Source of the DNA: Mobula hypostoma
Taxonomy: Eukaryota
Direction of reading: 5' to 3'
Length of the DNA stretch: 64,000 nt
NCBI RefSeq assembly: GCF_963921235.1
Contig: NC_086118.1
Location: 29,266,001-29,330,000 of the forward strand
Shown here: one piece after another, positions 39,490-51,243 of the stretch
Numbering within the stretch: the stretch's first letter is position 1
Layout: each line of letters begins with the position of its first letter
Notes under the pieces: generated by a model
Seen by the model: the letters and a program-made list of their open reading frames with translations, nothing else
Database searches by the model: none
Told to the model about the DNA's origin: nothing
Made by a program: the position numbers and the translations under genes

Positions 39490-41612
39490 TATTGTTCAAT
39501 CCACCTCCCAGCCATCCACCCACCAACTTCATCCGATCTTTTGTATCTTTCCTGCACTCTCCCTGTTGGAAGGGAAATTAGACTTTATTCCAGATCTAGT
39601 TTCACATGACTTCTGTACAATTGCAGAAAATTGTATCTTTACTCCCATATGCAAATCCTTGCATTTCTCTTTATTTTCCATTGGTCTTTTTTTCCGCATT
39701 CACTAAGCCTGTCAATTTTGCCATAGCCATTTTTGGCACCCACCCAACTCTGTGCAGCTTTATACTGTAAATCACTCGTCATAAATTTAATGAAAGGTTT
39801 GCTGATTGAACATTGGTTTTTCAGATCATTGTCAACTGTATGTGTTCATAGGCTCTTCTGGAGTATTTGTAGCACTTTTTATTTCTGATTTTCACCTGTG
39901 TTATTTTGCTATTGTGCTGTATAGTAGCATTATGTGGCATACTGCATCCTATTGTGCCCTGTATTTTAATCTGAGATAGCAGAAATACTACTGGACTTCT
40001 GATGGTGGATATATAAAGTGGGGAAGACAATGCCACAATAGCATTTCAGTCCAAGGTATAACTGCATTTTGGCTTTGCAATATCTTGGTTGATATCAAAT
40101 CAGCTATGTTTCCATGCATGTTTGCATAATTTAGTTCTGATCAAGAAATTATTCTTGAAAAATGAGAATTCTTCTGCCCATTTTCTTGTCAAATGCATAA
40201 ATGTTGCAAGTTACTAACTATAATTCAAGAATCAAGTTTTTAAATGGAGATCAAAACTAATAGAAAACGGTTAATCCAAGTACTATCATTGTGTTGCCAT
40301 TGAATGTAGCTATAGTATTCTAAATATTGTCACTATACTTTATATGTACTTTTGACTAGTTTTTAAATATTTTTGACTCTATTTCATTTAGTTATCTTAA
40401 ATATTGAAAACTTCAATATTTTGGGTGTTTTAATATAGAATGAAATTTAAGAAGTCAAAGTTGTGTAAGATTTATGTCCATAAGTCTCAAAGAACCTGTA
40501 TTCAAGGCATATTTTGTTACTTATTCTAAATTAAGATTGATGTTGTCGTAGATCTAGCTTCCCTTCACTGAATAATGGGACGTACTTAGTGTTCAAAAGT
40601 TTTGTTTTATGCTACTTTTGTTCCTTTTATAAAATAAAGCAAAATTACCCCATAAGAATATGTACTTCCAACATGTTTGTTAAGTTGATATCACATTTTA
40701 GGGAAATTCTGTACCCTTTTTATGTTGTGTAGTTGCATCATTGAAGACAGGAAAGAATTGACTTCTATTGACAATATGACTTGAATCTTGTGCATTATAT
40801 TATTTACCATTTTTGTGTATATTAATAGCAAAGTATGAAAGAATGACTGTGAATTCCAAAATGTTAGTTTCCAAGTATTTTGAAGTGAGGATGTGTTGGT
40901 CATAAGGGGTTTAAAAAATCATTATTTTTCATCTGATATAATTTATTGTTAAAACAGAATTCCAGAAACAAAATTCAATTGCAATAATTAATGGTTTTCA
41001 TGACTAATTTCTAATGCTTACTGTCTATGATTAACAAGTAACTTGTTTAATGGTAACTATTTGCATATCATTTGCTCCATTACTGCTGAATACTTAGCAC
41101 TTGGATTTGCATGCACTTATGCCAATTAGGCTTTGTACATTTATTACCAATTCTAAAAAGAGCATCATTAATGAACATGAGTCTGAATTAGAGTTCAAAT
41201 CATCTGTCCTCTTTTCCTATAAATAAATTTTTCTTTTTAATTATTTACTTTCATCAGTTAATGCAAGACAAATAGGCAGTTTGATAAAGAGGATCTAGCT
41301 ATTTGTCAAGAAGTTATTTTGATGTAATCATACGACAATATTGGGTGGAATATGTCTATAATGGATTGGTTTTGTAATTTATCAAGGTATTATTAGTAAC
41401 ATGAGTTCTAAAATATAACTAGGATTACCAATAATAATGGTGACCATCATGCAAAAGTGAAGCTATGATTGTTCCTTTGTTTTAAGCTATTCTTAATCAT
41501 AGTAATTCATTGCAGAGATGAACAATGTTTATTGCTATTTCTGGCTCATTCTTTAAAAAAATATATATGCAGGTGGAACAACATTCTTTTGTTGTGGATA
41601 CAGTTTAAGCAT

Positions 41613-42126
41613 TTGATAAGATTCTGGCCTAAGGTAGAAGGAGTCAATTTTGGAAAACCTAGCACATTTATTTTTCAACATAGGCCCCTCCTACATTTAC
41701 ACACTTAGTCCAGCAGTCGTGGAGCATACAGATCCCTTCTTTGCAGAAGTCAGCATCTTGGACCTCCAGAAGTGGTCCACAGCAGGGGTGATTGATAAGT
41801 TCATGGCCTAGAGTAGAAGGAGATGAGTTATACAGTTCTCGTTACATGCACATGTAGTTTAACTCTTTGAGTGATTATGCAGAAAGTTTGAAGTTAATAG
41901 CTTGTCTCTTTCTACCTGAGACTACGAACGTATCAATCACTCCTGCTGTGGACCACTTTCTGGAGGCCCAAGACGCCGACTTCTACAAAGAAGGGATCAG
42001 TATGCTCCGCAACCACTGGACTAAGTGTGTAAATGTAGAAGGTGACTATGTTGAAAAATAAATGTGCTAGGTTTTCTAAAATTGACGACTCCTACCTTAG
42101 GCCACAAACTTATCAATCACCCCTCC
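41613..42126. mobile_element. Palindromic mariner-derived MITE-like element
   Basis: Inverted arms of about 220 bp. The right arm encodes the mariner transposase C-terminus FYKEGISMLRNHWTKCVNVEGDYVEK*. TIR-like ggggtgattgataag occurs both internally and terminally. Confidence 0.8.
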
Positions 42127-42161
42127 TATGTTCTAAAACCAGAACTTAAATGAGTATAATA

Positions 42162-44620
42162 CATAGAAACATAGAAAATAGGTGCAGGAGTAGGCCATTC
42201 GGCCCTTCGAGCCTGCACCGCCATTTATTATGATCATGGCTGATCATCCAACTCAGAACCCTGCACCAGCCTTCCCTCCATACCCCCTGATCCCCGTAGC
42301 CACAAGGGCCATATCTAACTCCCTCTTAAATATAGCCAATGAACTGGCCTCAACTGTTTCCTGTGGCAGAGAATTCCACAGATTCACCACTCTCTGTGTG
42401 AAGAAGTTTTTCCTAATCTCGGTCCTAAAAGGCTTCCCCTTTATCCTCAAACTGTGACCCCTCGTTCTGGACTTCCCCAACATCGGGAACAATCTTCCTG
42501 CATCTAGCCTGTCCAATCCCTTTAGGATTTTATACGTTTCAATCAGATCCCCCCTCAATCTTCTAAATTCCAACGAATACAAGCCCAGTTCATCCAGTCT
42601 TTCTTCATATGAAAGTCCTGCCATCCCAGGAATCAATCTGGTGAACCTTCTTTGTACTCCCTCTATGGCAAGGATGTCTTTCCTCAGATTAGGGGACCAA
42701 AACTGCACACAATACTCCAGGTGTGGTCTCACCAAGGCCTTATACAACTGCAGTAGTACCTCCCTGCTCCTGTACTGGAATCCTCTCGCTATAAATGCCA
42801 GCATACCATTTGTCTTTTTCACCGCCTGCTGTACCTGCATGCGGACTTTCAATGACTGGCGTATAATGACACCCAGGTCTCGTTGCACCTCCCCTTTTCC
42901 TAATCGGCCACCATTCAGATAATAATCTGTTTTGCTATTTTTGCCACCAAAGTGGATAACTTCACATTTATCCACATTAAATTGCATCTGCCATGAATTT
43001 GCCCACTCACCCAACCTATCCAAGTCACTCTGCATCCTCTTAGCATCCTCCTCACAGCTAACACTGCCACCCAGCTTCGTGTCATCCGCAAACTTGGAGA
43101 TACTGCATTTAATTCCCTCATCCAAGTCATTAATATATATTGTAAACAACTGGGGTCCCAGCACTGAGCCTTGCGGTACCCCACTAGTGCCTGCCATTCT
43201 GAAAAGGTCCCGTTTATTCCCACTCTTTGCTTCCTGTCTGCTAACCAATTCTCTATCCACATCAATACCTTACCCCCAATACCGTGTGCTTTAAGTTTGC
43301 ACACTAATCTCCTGTGTGGGACCTTGTCAAAAGCCTTTTGAAAATCCAAATATACCACATCCACTGGTTCTCCCCTATCCACTCTACCAGTTACATCCTC
43401 AAAGATTCTATGAGATTCGTCAGACATGATTTTCCTTTCACAAATCCATGCTGACTTTGTCCAATGATTTCACCGCTTTCCAAATGTGCTGTTATCACAT
43501 CTTTGATAACTGACTCCAGCAGTTTCCCCACCACCGACGTTATGCTAACCAGTCTATAATTCCCCGGTTTCTCTCTCCCTCCTTTTTTAAAAAGTGGGGT
43601 TACATTAGCCACCCTCCAATCCTCAGGAACTAGTCCAGAATCTAACGAGTTTTGAAAAATTATCACTAATGCATCCACTATTTCTTGGGCTACTTCCTTA
43701 AGCACTCTGGGATGCAGACCATCTGGCCCTGGGGATTTATCTGCCTTTAATCCCTTCAATTTACCTAACACCACTTCCCTACTAACAAGTATTTCGCTCA
43801 GTTCCTCCATCTCACTGGACCATCTGTCCCCTACTATTTCTGGAAGATTATTTATGTCCTCCTTAGTGAAGACAGAACCAAAGTAATTATTCAATTGGTC
43901 TGCCATGTCCTTGCTCCCCATAATCAATTCACCTGTTTCTGTCTGTAGGGGACCTACATTTGTCTTTACCAGTCTTTTCCTTTTTACATATCTATAAAAG
44001 CTTTTACAGTCAGTTTTTATGTTCCCTACCAGTTTTCTCTCATAATCTTTTTTCCCCTTCCTAATTAAGCCCTTTGTCCTCCTCTGCTGAACTCTGAATT
44101 TCTCCCAGTCCTCAGGTGAGCCACTTTTTCTGGCTAATTTGTATGCTTCTTCTTTGGAATTGATACTATCCCTAATTTCTCTTGTCAGCCACAGGTGCAC
44201 TACCTTCCTTGATTTATTCTTTTGCCAAACTGGGATGAACAATTGTTGTAGTTCATCCATGCAATCTTTAAATGCTTGCCATTGCATATCCACCGTCAAT
44301 CCTTCAATTGTCATTTGCCAGTCTATCTTAGCTAATTCACGTCTCATACCTTCAAAGTTACCCCTCTTTAAGTTCAGAACCTTTGTTTCTGAATTAACTA
44401 TGTCACTCTCCATCTTAATGAAGAATTCCACCATATTATGGTCACTCTTACCCAAGGGGCCTCTCACGACAAGATTGCTAATTAACCCTTCCTCATTGCT
44501 CAAAACCCAGTCCAGAATAGCCTGCTGTCTAGTTGGTTCCTCGACATGTTGGTTCAAAAAACCATCCCCGCATACATTCCAAGAAATCCTCTTCCTCAGC
44601 ACCTTTACCAATTTGGTTCA
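42162..44620 (-). mobile_element. Young 5'-truncated CR1 LINE; ORF2 reverse transcriptase broken by two frameshifts
   Basis: Three overlapping ORFs (43391-44611, 42915-43427, 42253-43260) with KSPGPDG, YLDFQKAFDKV, GVPQGSVLGP and KFADD; (catagaaa)2 microsatellite tail at 42162-42177. Confidence 0.95.
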
Positions 44621-45332
44621 TACAATGATCCATACAATCATGTGGTCCAATGGGTAGGAGAAAAGATATGAATTCTTAGCTATCACTGAAGTCTTTTTTT
44701 TGACTTGCAGTATACTTAATGGTAGCTGTCCTTGAAAATGTGCATTTAATGTAAATGTGCTTTTTATATAAAACTAGCAATATTATTGTAAGTAAACAGG
44801 GACTTGTATCTAATTTTCAGGGATGTGCATATCTTCACTGCTAAATATATTGATACATTGGCAAATACAAGTGGACATAATTCTCTTCAAAATAAATTCC
44901 ATGGAAGTTAGAGCAATGTGCCTTTTAAAAGAATGACATGTTGCTGTAATATAAAGTGGCAACTTGATTGTGAAAATAGTAAATTGTCATGAACAAGGAA
45001 ATGGCAAGAGGGTTAGTTTCAGGGGGAAAAAAACTGGATTATACTGCTTGTGTCCAGGTGTAAAGGGATGATTCATTCAGTATAGAATAAAAGGAGACAG
45101 CAGCCAGAGAACTGAAAATGAATACCAATGAATTGATCCACTTGACCCAAAACAGGAGTGTGTGGGCCATGGCAGTCAAAGCTCAAACTGGGCACGGCAC
45201 CTGATGATGATGATAGAATGAATGCTGTGAAACCATATTCAAATCAGATGAGTGCTTCTGATCAGATGGGTGGGGGGGGGGAGAGAATGTCATTTGAATC
45301 AACTAATATGGATACGTTCATTTTCGGATGCC

Positions 45333-45351
45333 TTTTGCCCCCTGGTGGTTG
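45333..45351 (-). promoter_or_regulatory. Candidate CTCF binding site
   Basis: TTTTGCCCCCTGGTGGTTG; the reverse-complement core CCACCAGGGGGCA matches the canonical CTCF core. Motif match only. Confidence 0.55.
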
Positions 45352-46032
45352 CCAACTTGGATACACTATATTAAAGTATTCTATTTTCTGTTTAATTTAA
45401 ATACCTCAAATTTTAAGAACTCAAGATACATAGTTTAAGTTGAACATCTGAACGGAAATTAAACTGTAGTCTTTGAGATTGAATATATTATTTCATGTCT
45501 TTAGTATATTGCAATTGTAATTCAGCCTTGTGCTAAAATTTAAAATATTGTACAACTGCTGCTGTCATTGGATTGGATCACACTGGACCTTTCTTGGAAT
45601 CAACACATTGGCTCTTGTTCCAAAAGTTCAACTTGATGGTCTGAACAGCAGCCTAGTTTCTGAAGTGCCCTGTTACTGATAAAGCTAAAGTCAATAGTGC
45701 ATATTTAAATTGCGTATTCTTGACATTTGGAGGCATTAAAATGATCAAAATTCAAGTAAACTATTTAAAAGTAAACTAGGTATACACAACATAGTCTTAA
45801 GAAATTTTAAATTTATTTTGCTTTAGTTTAAGTAATTGATCTGCATTTCTCAAAGGGGTCAAATATTCTTAGCCAGGTGTACAGAGTATGGTTTTTAGGG
45901 GGTGTTTCTGAAAAATGTCAGAGAAAAACTGGATTATACTGCTGGGTACCTTGAAGAGTCCAGTGGTAAGGGAAGCTGATAACTGTTGCGTTTCAAATCT
46001 AACTATCCATATCCCAAGCTTCTACAATATTC

Positions 46033-46269
46033 AGCAACACACATCAAAGTTGCTGGTGAACGCAGCAGGCCAGGCAGCATCTCTCGGAAGAGGTACAGTC
46101 GACGTTTCAGGCCGAGACCCTTCGTCCTGACGATGTCCTGACGAAGGGTCTCGGCCTGAAACGTCGACTGTACCTCTTCCTAGAGATGCTGCCTGGCCTG
46201 CTGCGTTCACCAGCAACTTTGATGTGTGTTGCTTGAATTTCCAGCATCTGCAGAATTCCTGTTGTTTAT
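46033..46269. mobile_element. Short Penelope-like inverted-pair insertion: 94-bp arms, 13-nt spacer, 3' tail, 11-bp TSD
   Basis: Arms 46033-46126 and 46140-46233 differ at one position; TSD aatattcagca at 46026-46036 and 46270-46280. Confidence 0.92.
46135..46168 (+). ncRNA. Minimal hammerhead ribozyme motif at the hairpin pivot
   Basis: GTC-CTGACGA-A-GGGT(CTCG)GCCT-GAAAC-GTC-GAC; the inversion junction shortens helix I to 3 bp. Confidence 0.6.
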
Positions 46270-47008
46270 AATATTCAGCATCTGCTTACAAGTCCAGAAC
46301 TTGACAGCAATTTAAGTGGCTAGTTAAAGTTTACCTGGTTGGCTTTCCAAATGTTTAATCCTTTGCTTTCTATTCTCAGACTTTGTGGTATTATCTATAA
46401 TATGTTTGACCTCCTCTGATCAATTTTGTTTTAATATATTCCTCGACCACTATTTCCTTGGGGTCTGGTCATTGGAATATTAAGATCTTGTGTTACTTTT
46501 GCATATTAACTGATCTAGTTAGTTTGTATATATGGCCAAAAGCTTTTTATTTCTACCAAATAGTGCACTATTTTTCATGGCATTGGAATTTTTACCCTTT
46601 TTTTATTTTATTTCCATTTAGATTATGTCTATGAGAAATAAGATGGATAATTGATGTGCATTACATAAATCAGCTGAAAGGTTAATGTTTTCAAATGCAT
46701 TTCTAACAGGGCAAGGTTCTTCCAGGGTAAGAAATAAAGAAAATCAAGAGGGACCATATGGTTTCTGACTAGTCACAGAACATTAGAAAGAATATAAAAG
46801 GGAAAAAAATGGTTGCAGGAAAATAATTAGAAGAAAAAATATTTCATGAAATTAGATTTTCATTTTTTTGTTGCTTATAGTTTGATATCTGTAGCTATGT
46901 TAACAATAAGAACAATGATTACAGAGTTTATAGAAATATTAATCAAGAGAAATTTGGAACAACAAAATTGTTCATATTCATTAGATTAAGAGCTTAATAT
47001 TTTCACAG

Positions 47009-47215
47009 GTTGGGGAGAAACACTTAGTGTTCCTACAAAGACTGAGAACTCTTGGGGTGAGCCACCTTCTCAATCTACTTCAGTCGATAATGGGACTTCA
47101 GCATGGGGCAAACCTCCCAATGGCAGTTCAGGGTGGGGAGATAATACTGTGGAATCAACGGGGAACTTTGGAAGAGGGAATGTTCCTGCTACTGCCCCAG
47201 CAATGTGCAAACCAG
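47009..47215 (+). CDS. TNRC6C: TNRC6C exon, Ago-hook region (GWGETLSVPTKTENSWGEP...VDNGTSAWGKPP...AMCKP)
   Basis: Acceptor ttttcacag|GT, donor CAG|gtaata; 207 nt, phase 1-1. Read by hand; the ORF track shows a different frame here. Confidence 0.95.
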
Positions 47216-48707
47216 GTAATAAAATAAGAGCAAGTTCTTTTTCTGCAAGTATGGTGCACAGACCAGTTAGATGTTTGAATGCTTTGATACAAAATAATTG
47301 TTCACCAGGATAAAGCTGCTTTTGAGATGAGGTGTATTTTCATGAAGCTTCTCTGTGTAGGCAATGGGTTTAGATTTTGCTCATTGTCATGGTTTGAAAA
47401 TTGAATTTTGCAAAATACCATAAGTTGTATTTTCTGTGCCAGTAGAAAGATCAAGGCTATGTAATTGTGCAATGAAGTTCAAACTTGTAGGAGTAATTTA
47501 AAGTTTGTAATTTGCTAGTTGAACTTAAAACGCTAAAATACAGATGTTACATTGAATTAGCAAAATTGAGCCAAGGCCCGTTGTTCCTTGAAAAATATTA
47601 TTTTACAAAACATCTGAAGAGTTGGTGAAATAGCCATTAAGGTATTTTCCCACCCTGGTTGGCATTTGACAGTTTTTTTTAATCTTTAAAATTCTGTTTA
47701 CACAGGACCATAAAGCCATAAGATAAAGGAGCAGAATTAAGCCTTTTTGTCCATCGAGTGTGCTCACCCATTTCATTGTGGCTGGGCCAGTTCCCCCCCA
47801 GCCCTATTCTCCTATAAGACTATAAGATGTAGGAGCAAAATAAATATTATTGTTGCATCATTTATGGGATCTTCATATTTAAAGTTGTATTTCAATTTGT
47901 GTAGATTAATTTTTCCGATGAAAGATTATAAATCATCTTCATTGTATCATGAATTCGTTTTGCACATTTGATTTGGAAATGAACTTCAAGATTTAATTTT
48001 GTTTTAAAACGTATATTATTACAAATGGCACATGGAAAGATTACAGACTAACAAAAATGTTCAGATGTTAAAGCAAGATTCTCGCAGGTCAAGTAACTTC
48101 TGGGCAAAGAGAAACAATTGAGTCAAATTGGTGATATTTCATCAAGTTGACACTTTGATGAGGTCATTGACCTGAAACATTACCACCAGTTCTCTATATA
48201 GAATCTGCATGTCCTGAATATTTCTGGCATTTTTTTTATGCCTTGCATCACTGTTTTGGTTTGGGAGCTATTGTGTGATCTGTACTGTGGTCATGCTATG
48301 AATTGAAGGGTTGTATTCCAGAATGATGAGAGCTTTGCAAGTTAACATAATTATCTTCATTTTGACCTGAAAAACATAAGGCAGGCGTGTAAAATATTGT
48401 AATCTTGAACATTACAACAATAGGCATATTGAGGTAGTTTCATTTTAACATGCAGCTATTTAATTAGTAAATAGTGCAAAAAAATTGAAAACTCAATATA
48501 TGACACTGCATGTTTTTTTCATAGTGGGACTACTATTGATCTGTATGCTAATTTTAAAGATGAGAATGAATAACTTGAAGGCCTATCAGGGGATAGTTTT
48601 TTTAAAAATGAGAAGTACATTGGGCAAGATTTTTTTTATCTGATAGTATAGATCCAAGCCATTAGATTGTTATAGAAATAGAGAATGTGCAACCTTAAAA
48701 ATCTGAA

Positions 48708-51243
48708 GCAACACACACAAAAGTTGCTGGTGAACACAGCAGGCCAGGCAGCATCTCTAGGAAGAGGTACAGTCGACGTTTCGGGACGAGACTGTTCGTC
48801 AGGACTAACTGAAAGAAGAGCTAGTAAGAGCTTTGAAAGTAGGAGAGGGAGGGGGAGATCTGAAATGATAGGAGAAGACAGGAGGGGGAGAAATGGAGCC
48901 AAGAACTGGACAGTTGATTGGCAAAAGGAATATGAGAGGATCATGGGACAGGAGGCCTAGGGAGAAAGAAAAGGGGGAGGGGGGGAAACCAGAGGATGGG
49001 CAAGGGGTATAGTGAGGGGGACAGAGGGAGAAAAAGGAGAGAGAGAAAAAGAATGTGTATATAAATAAAAGATGGGGTACGAGGGGGAGGTGGGGCATTA
49101 GCGGAAGTTTGAGAAGTCAGTGTTCATGCCATCAGGTTGGAGGCTACCCAGACAGAATATAAGGTGTGATTCCTCTAACCTGAGTGTGGCTTCATCTTTA
49201 TAGTAGAGGAGGCCGTGGATAGACATATCAGAATGGGAATGGGACGTGGAGTTAAAATGTGTGGCTACTGGAAGATCCTGCTTTCTCTGGCAGACGAAGC
49301 GTAGGTGTTCAGCGAAATGACCTCCCAGTCTGCGTCGGGTCTTGCCAATATTTAGAAGGCCACATCGGGAGCACTGGACACAGTATATCACCCTTGCCGA
49401 CTCACAGGTGGAGTGTCGCCTTACCTGGAAGGACTGTCTGAGGCCCTGAATAGTAGTGAAGGAGGAAGTGTAAGGGCATGTGTAGCACTTGTTCCGCTTA
49501 CAAGGATAAGTGCCAGGAGGGAGATCCGTGGGGAGGGATGGGGGGGGTGGGGCAAATGGACAAGGGAGTCGCATAGGGAGCGATCCCTGTAGAAAGCAGG
49601 GGGGGGGAGGGAAAGATGTGCTTAGTGGTGGGATCCCGTTGGAGGTGGTGGAAGTTACAGAGAATTATATGTTGGACCCGGAGACTGGTGGGGTGGTAGG
49701 TGAGGGCAAGGGGAACCCTATTCCTAGTGGGGTGGCGGGAGGATGGAGTGAGAGCAGATGTGCATGAAATGGGGGAGATGCATTTGAGAGCAGAGTTGAT
49801 GGTGGAGGAAGGGAAGCCCCTTTCTTTTAAAAAAAAAAGGAGGACATCTCCTTCGTCCTGGAATGAAAAGCCTCATCCTGAAAGCAGATGCGGCGAAGAT
49901 GGAAGAATTGCGAGAAGGGGATGGCATTTTTGTAAGAGACAACAGGGTGAGAAGAGGATAGTCCAGATAGCTGTGAGAGTCAGTAGGCTTATAGTAGACA
50001 TCAGTAGATAAGCTGTCTCCAGAGATAGAGACAGAAAGAGCTAGAAAGGGGAGGGAGGTGTCGGAAATGGACCAGGTAAACTTGAGGGCAGGGTGAAAGT
50101 TGGAGGCAAAGTTAATGGAGTTATCGAGCTCAGCATACGCGCAGAAGCAGCACTAATGCAGTCGTCGACACAGCGAAGGAAAAGTGGGGGACAGATACCA
50201 GAGTAGGTTTGGAACATAGATTGTTCCACAAAGCCAACAAAAAGGCAGGCATAGCTAGGACCTATACGGGTGCCCATGGCTACACCTCTAGTTTGGAGGA
50301 AGTGGGAGGAGCCAAAGGAGAAATTATTAAGAGTAAGGACTAATTCTGCTAGACGGAGCAGAGTGGTAGTAGAGGAGAACTGGTTAGGTCTGGAATCCAA
50401 AAAGAAGCAGAGAGCTTTGAGACCTTCCTGATGGGGGATGGAAGTATATAGGGACTGGACATCCATGGTAAAAATAAAGTGGTGGGGGCCAGGGAACTTA
50501 AAATCATCGAAAAGTTTCAGAGCGTGAGAAGTGTCACAAATGTAGGTAGGAAGGAATTGAACAAGGGGGGGTAAAACAGTGTCGAGGTATGCAGAAATGA
50601 GTTCGGTGAGGCAGGAGCAAGCTGAGACAATAGGGCTACCAGGACAGGCAGGTTTGTGGATCCTGTGTAGGAGGTAGAAACGGGAAGTGCGGGGTGTGGG
50701 AACTATAAGGTTGGTAGTAGTGGATGGGAGATCCCCTGAGTGGATAAAGTCGGTGATGGTGTGGGAGACAATGGCCTGGCATGAACATTGGCTTCTCAAA
50801 CTTCTGCTAATGCCTCACCTCCCCCTCGTACCCCATCCATTATTTATTTATATACACACATTCTTTTTCTCTCTCTCCTTTTTCTCCCTCTGTCCCCCTC
50901 ACTATACCCCTTGCCCATCTTCTGGTTTTCTCCCCCCCCCCTTTTCTTTCTCCCTAGGCCTCCTGTCCCATGATCCTCTCATATCCTTTTTGCCAATCAA
51001 CTGTCCAGCTCTTGACTCCATCCCTCCCCCTCCTGTCTTCTATCATTTCAGATCTCCCCCTCCCCCTCCCACTTTCAAATCTCTTACTAGCTCTCCTTTC
51101 TGTTAGTCCTGACGAAGGGTCTCGGCCGGAAACGTCGACTGTACCTCTTCTTAGAGATGCTGCCTGGCCTGCTGCGTTCACCAGCAACTCTTATGTGTGT
51201 GTGGGTTGAAATTCTAGCATCTGCAGATTTTCTTGTGTTTGCG
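48708..51243 (-). mobile_element. 5'-truncated Penelope-like retroelement (RT + GIY-YIG endonuclease, pseudogenised) with an inverted 3'-end copy and a 13-bp TSD
   Basis: RT motifs FTMDVQSLYT, QTRGVAMG and RCVDD (50041-50799); GIY-YIG region VIYCVQCSRCGLLNIGKTRRRLGGHFAEH (49098-49574); ~50790-51205 is an inverted copy of 48708-~49115; TSD ttaaaaatctgaa at 48695-48707 and 51244-51256. Confidence 0.93.
51104..51141 (+). ncRNA. Minimal hammerhead ribozyme motif with the first pair of helix II mutated
   Basis: TAGTC-CTGACGA-A-GGGT(CTCG)GCCG-GAAAC-GTC-GACTG. Confidence 0.55.

Noticed and set aside
45915..46216. Repeated peptide LVNAAGQAASLGRGTVDVSGRDPSS in several small ORFs
   Set aside because: It is a translation of the non-coding Penelope-like 3' repeat on both strands, not a protein family.
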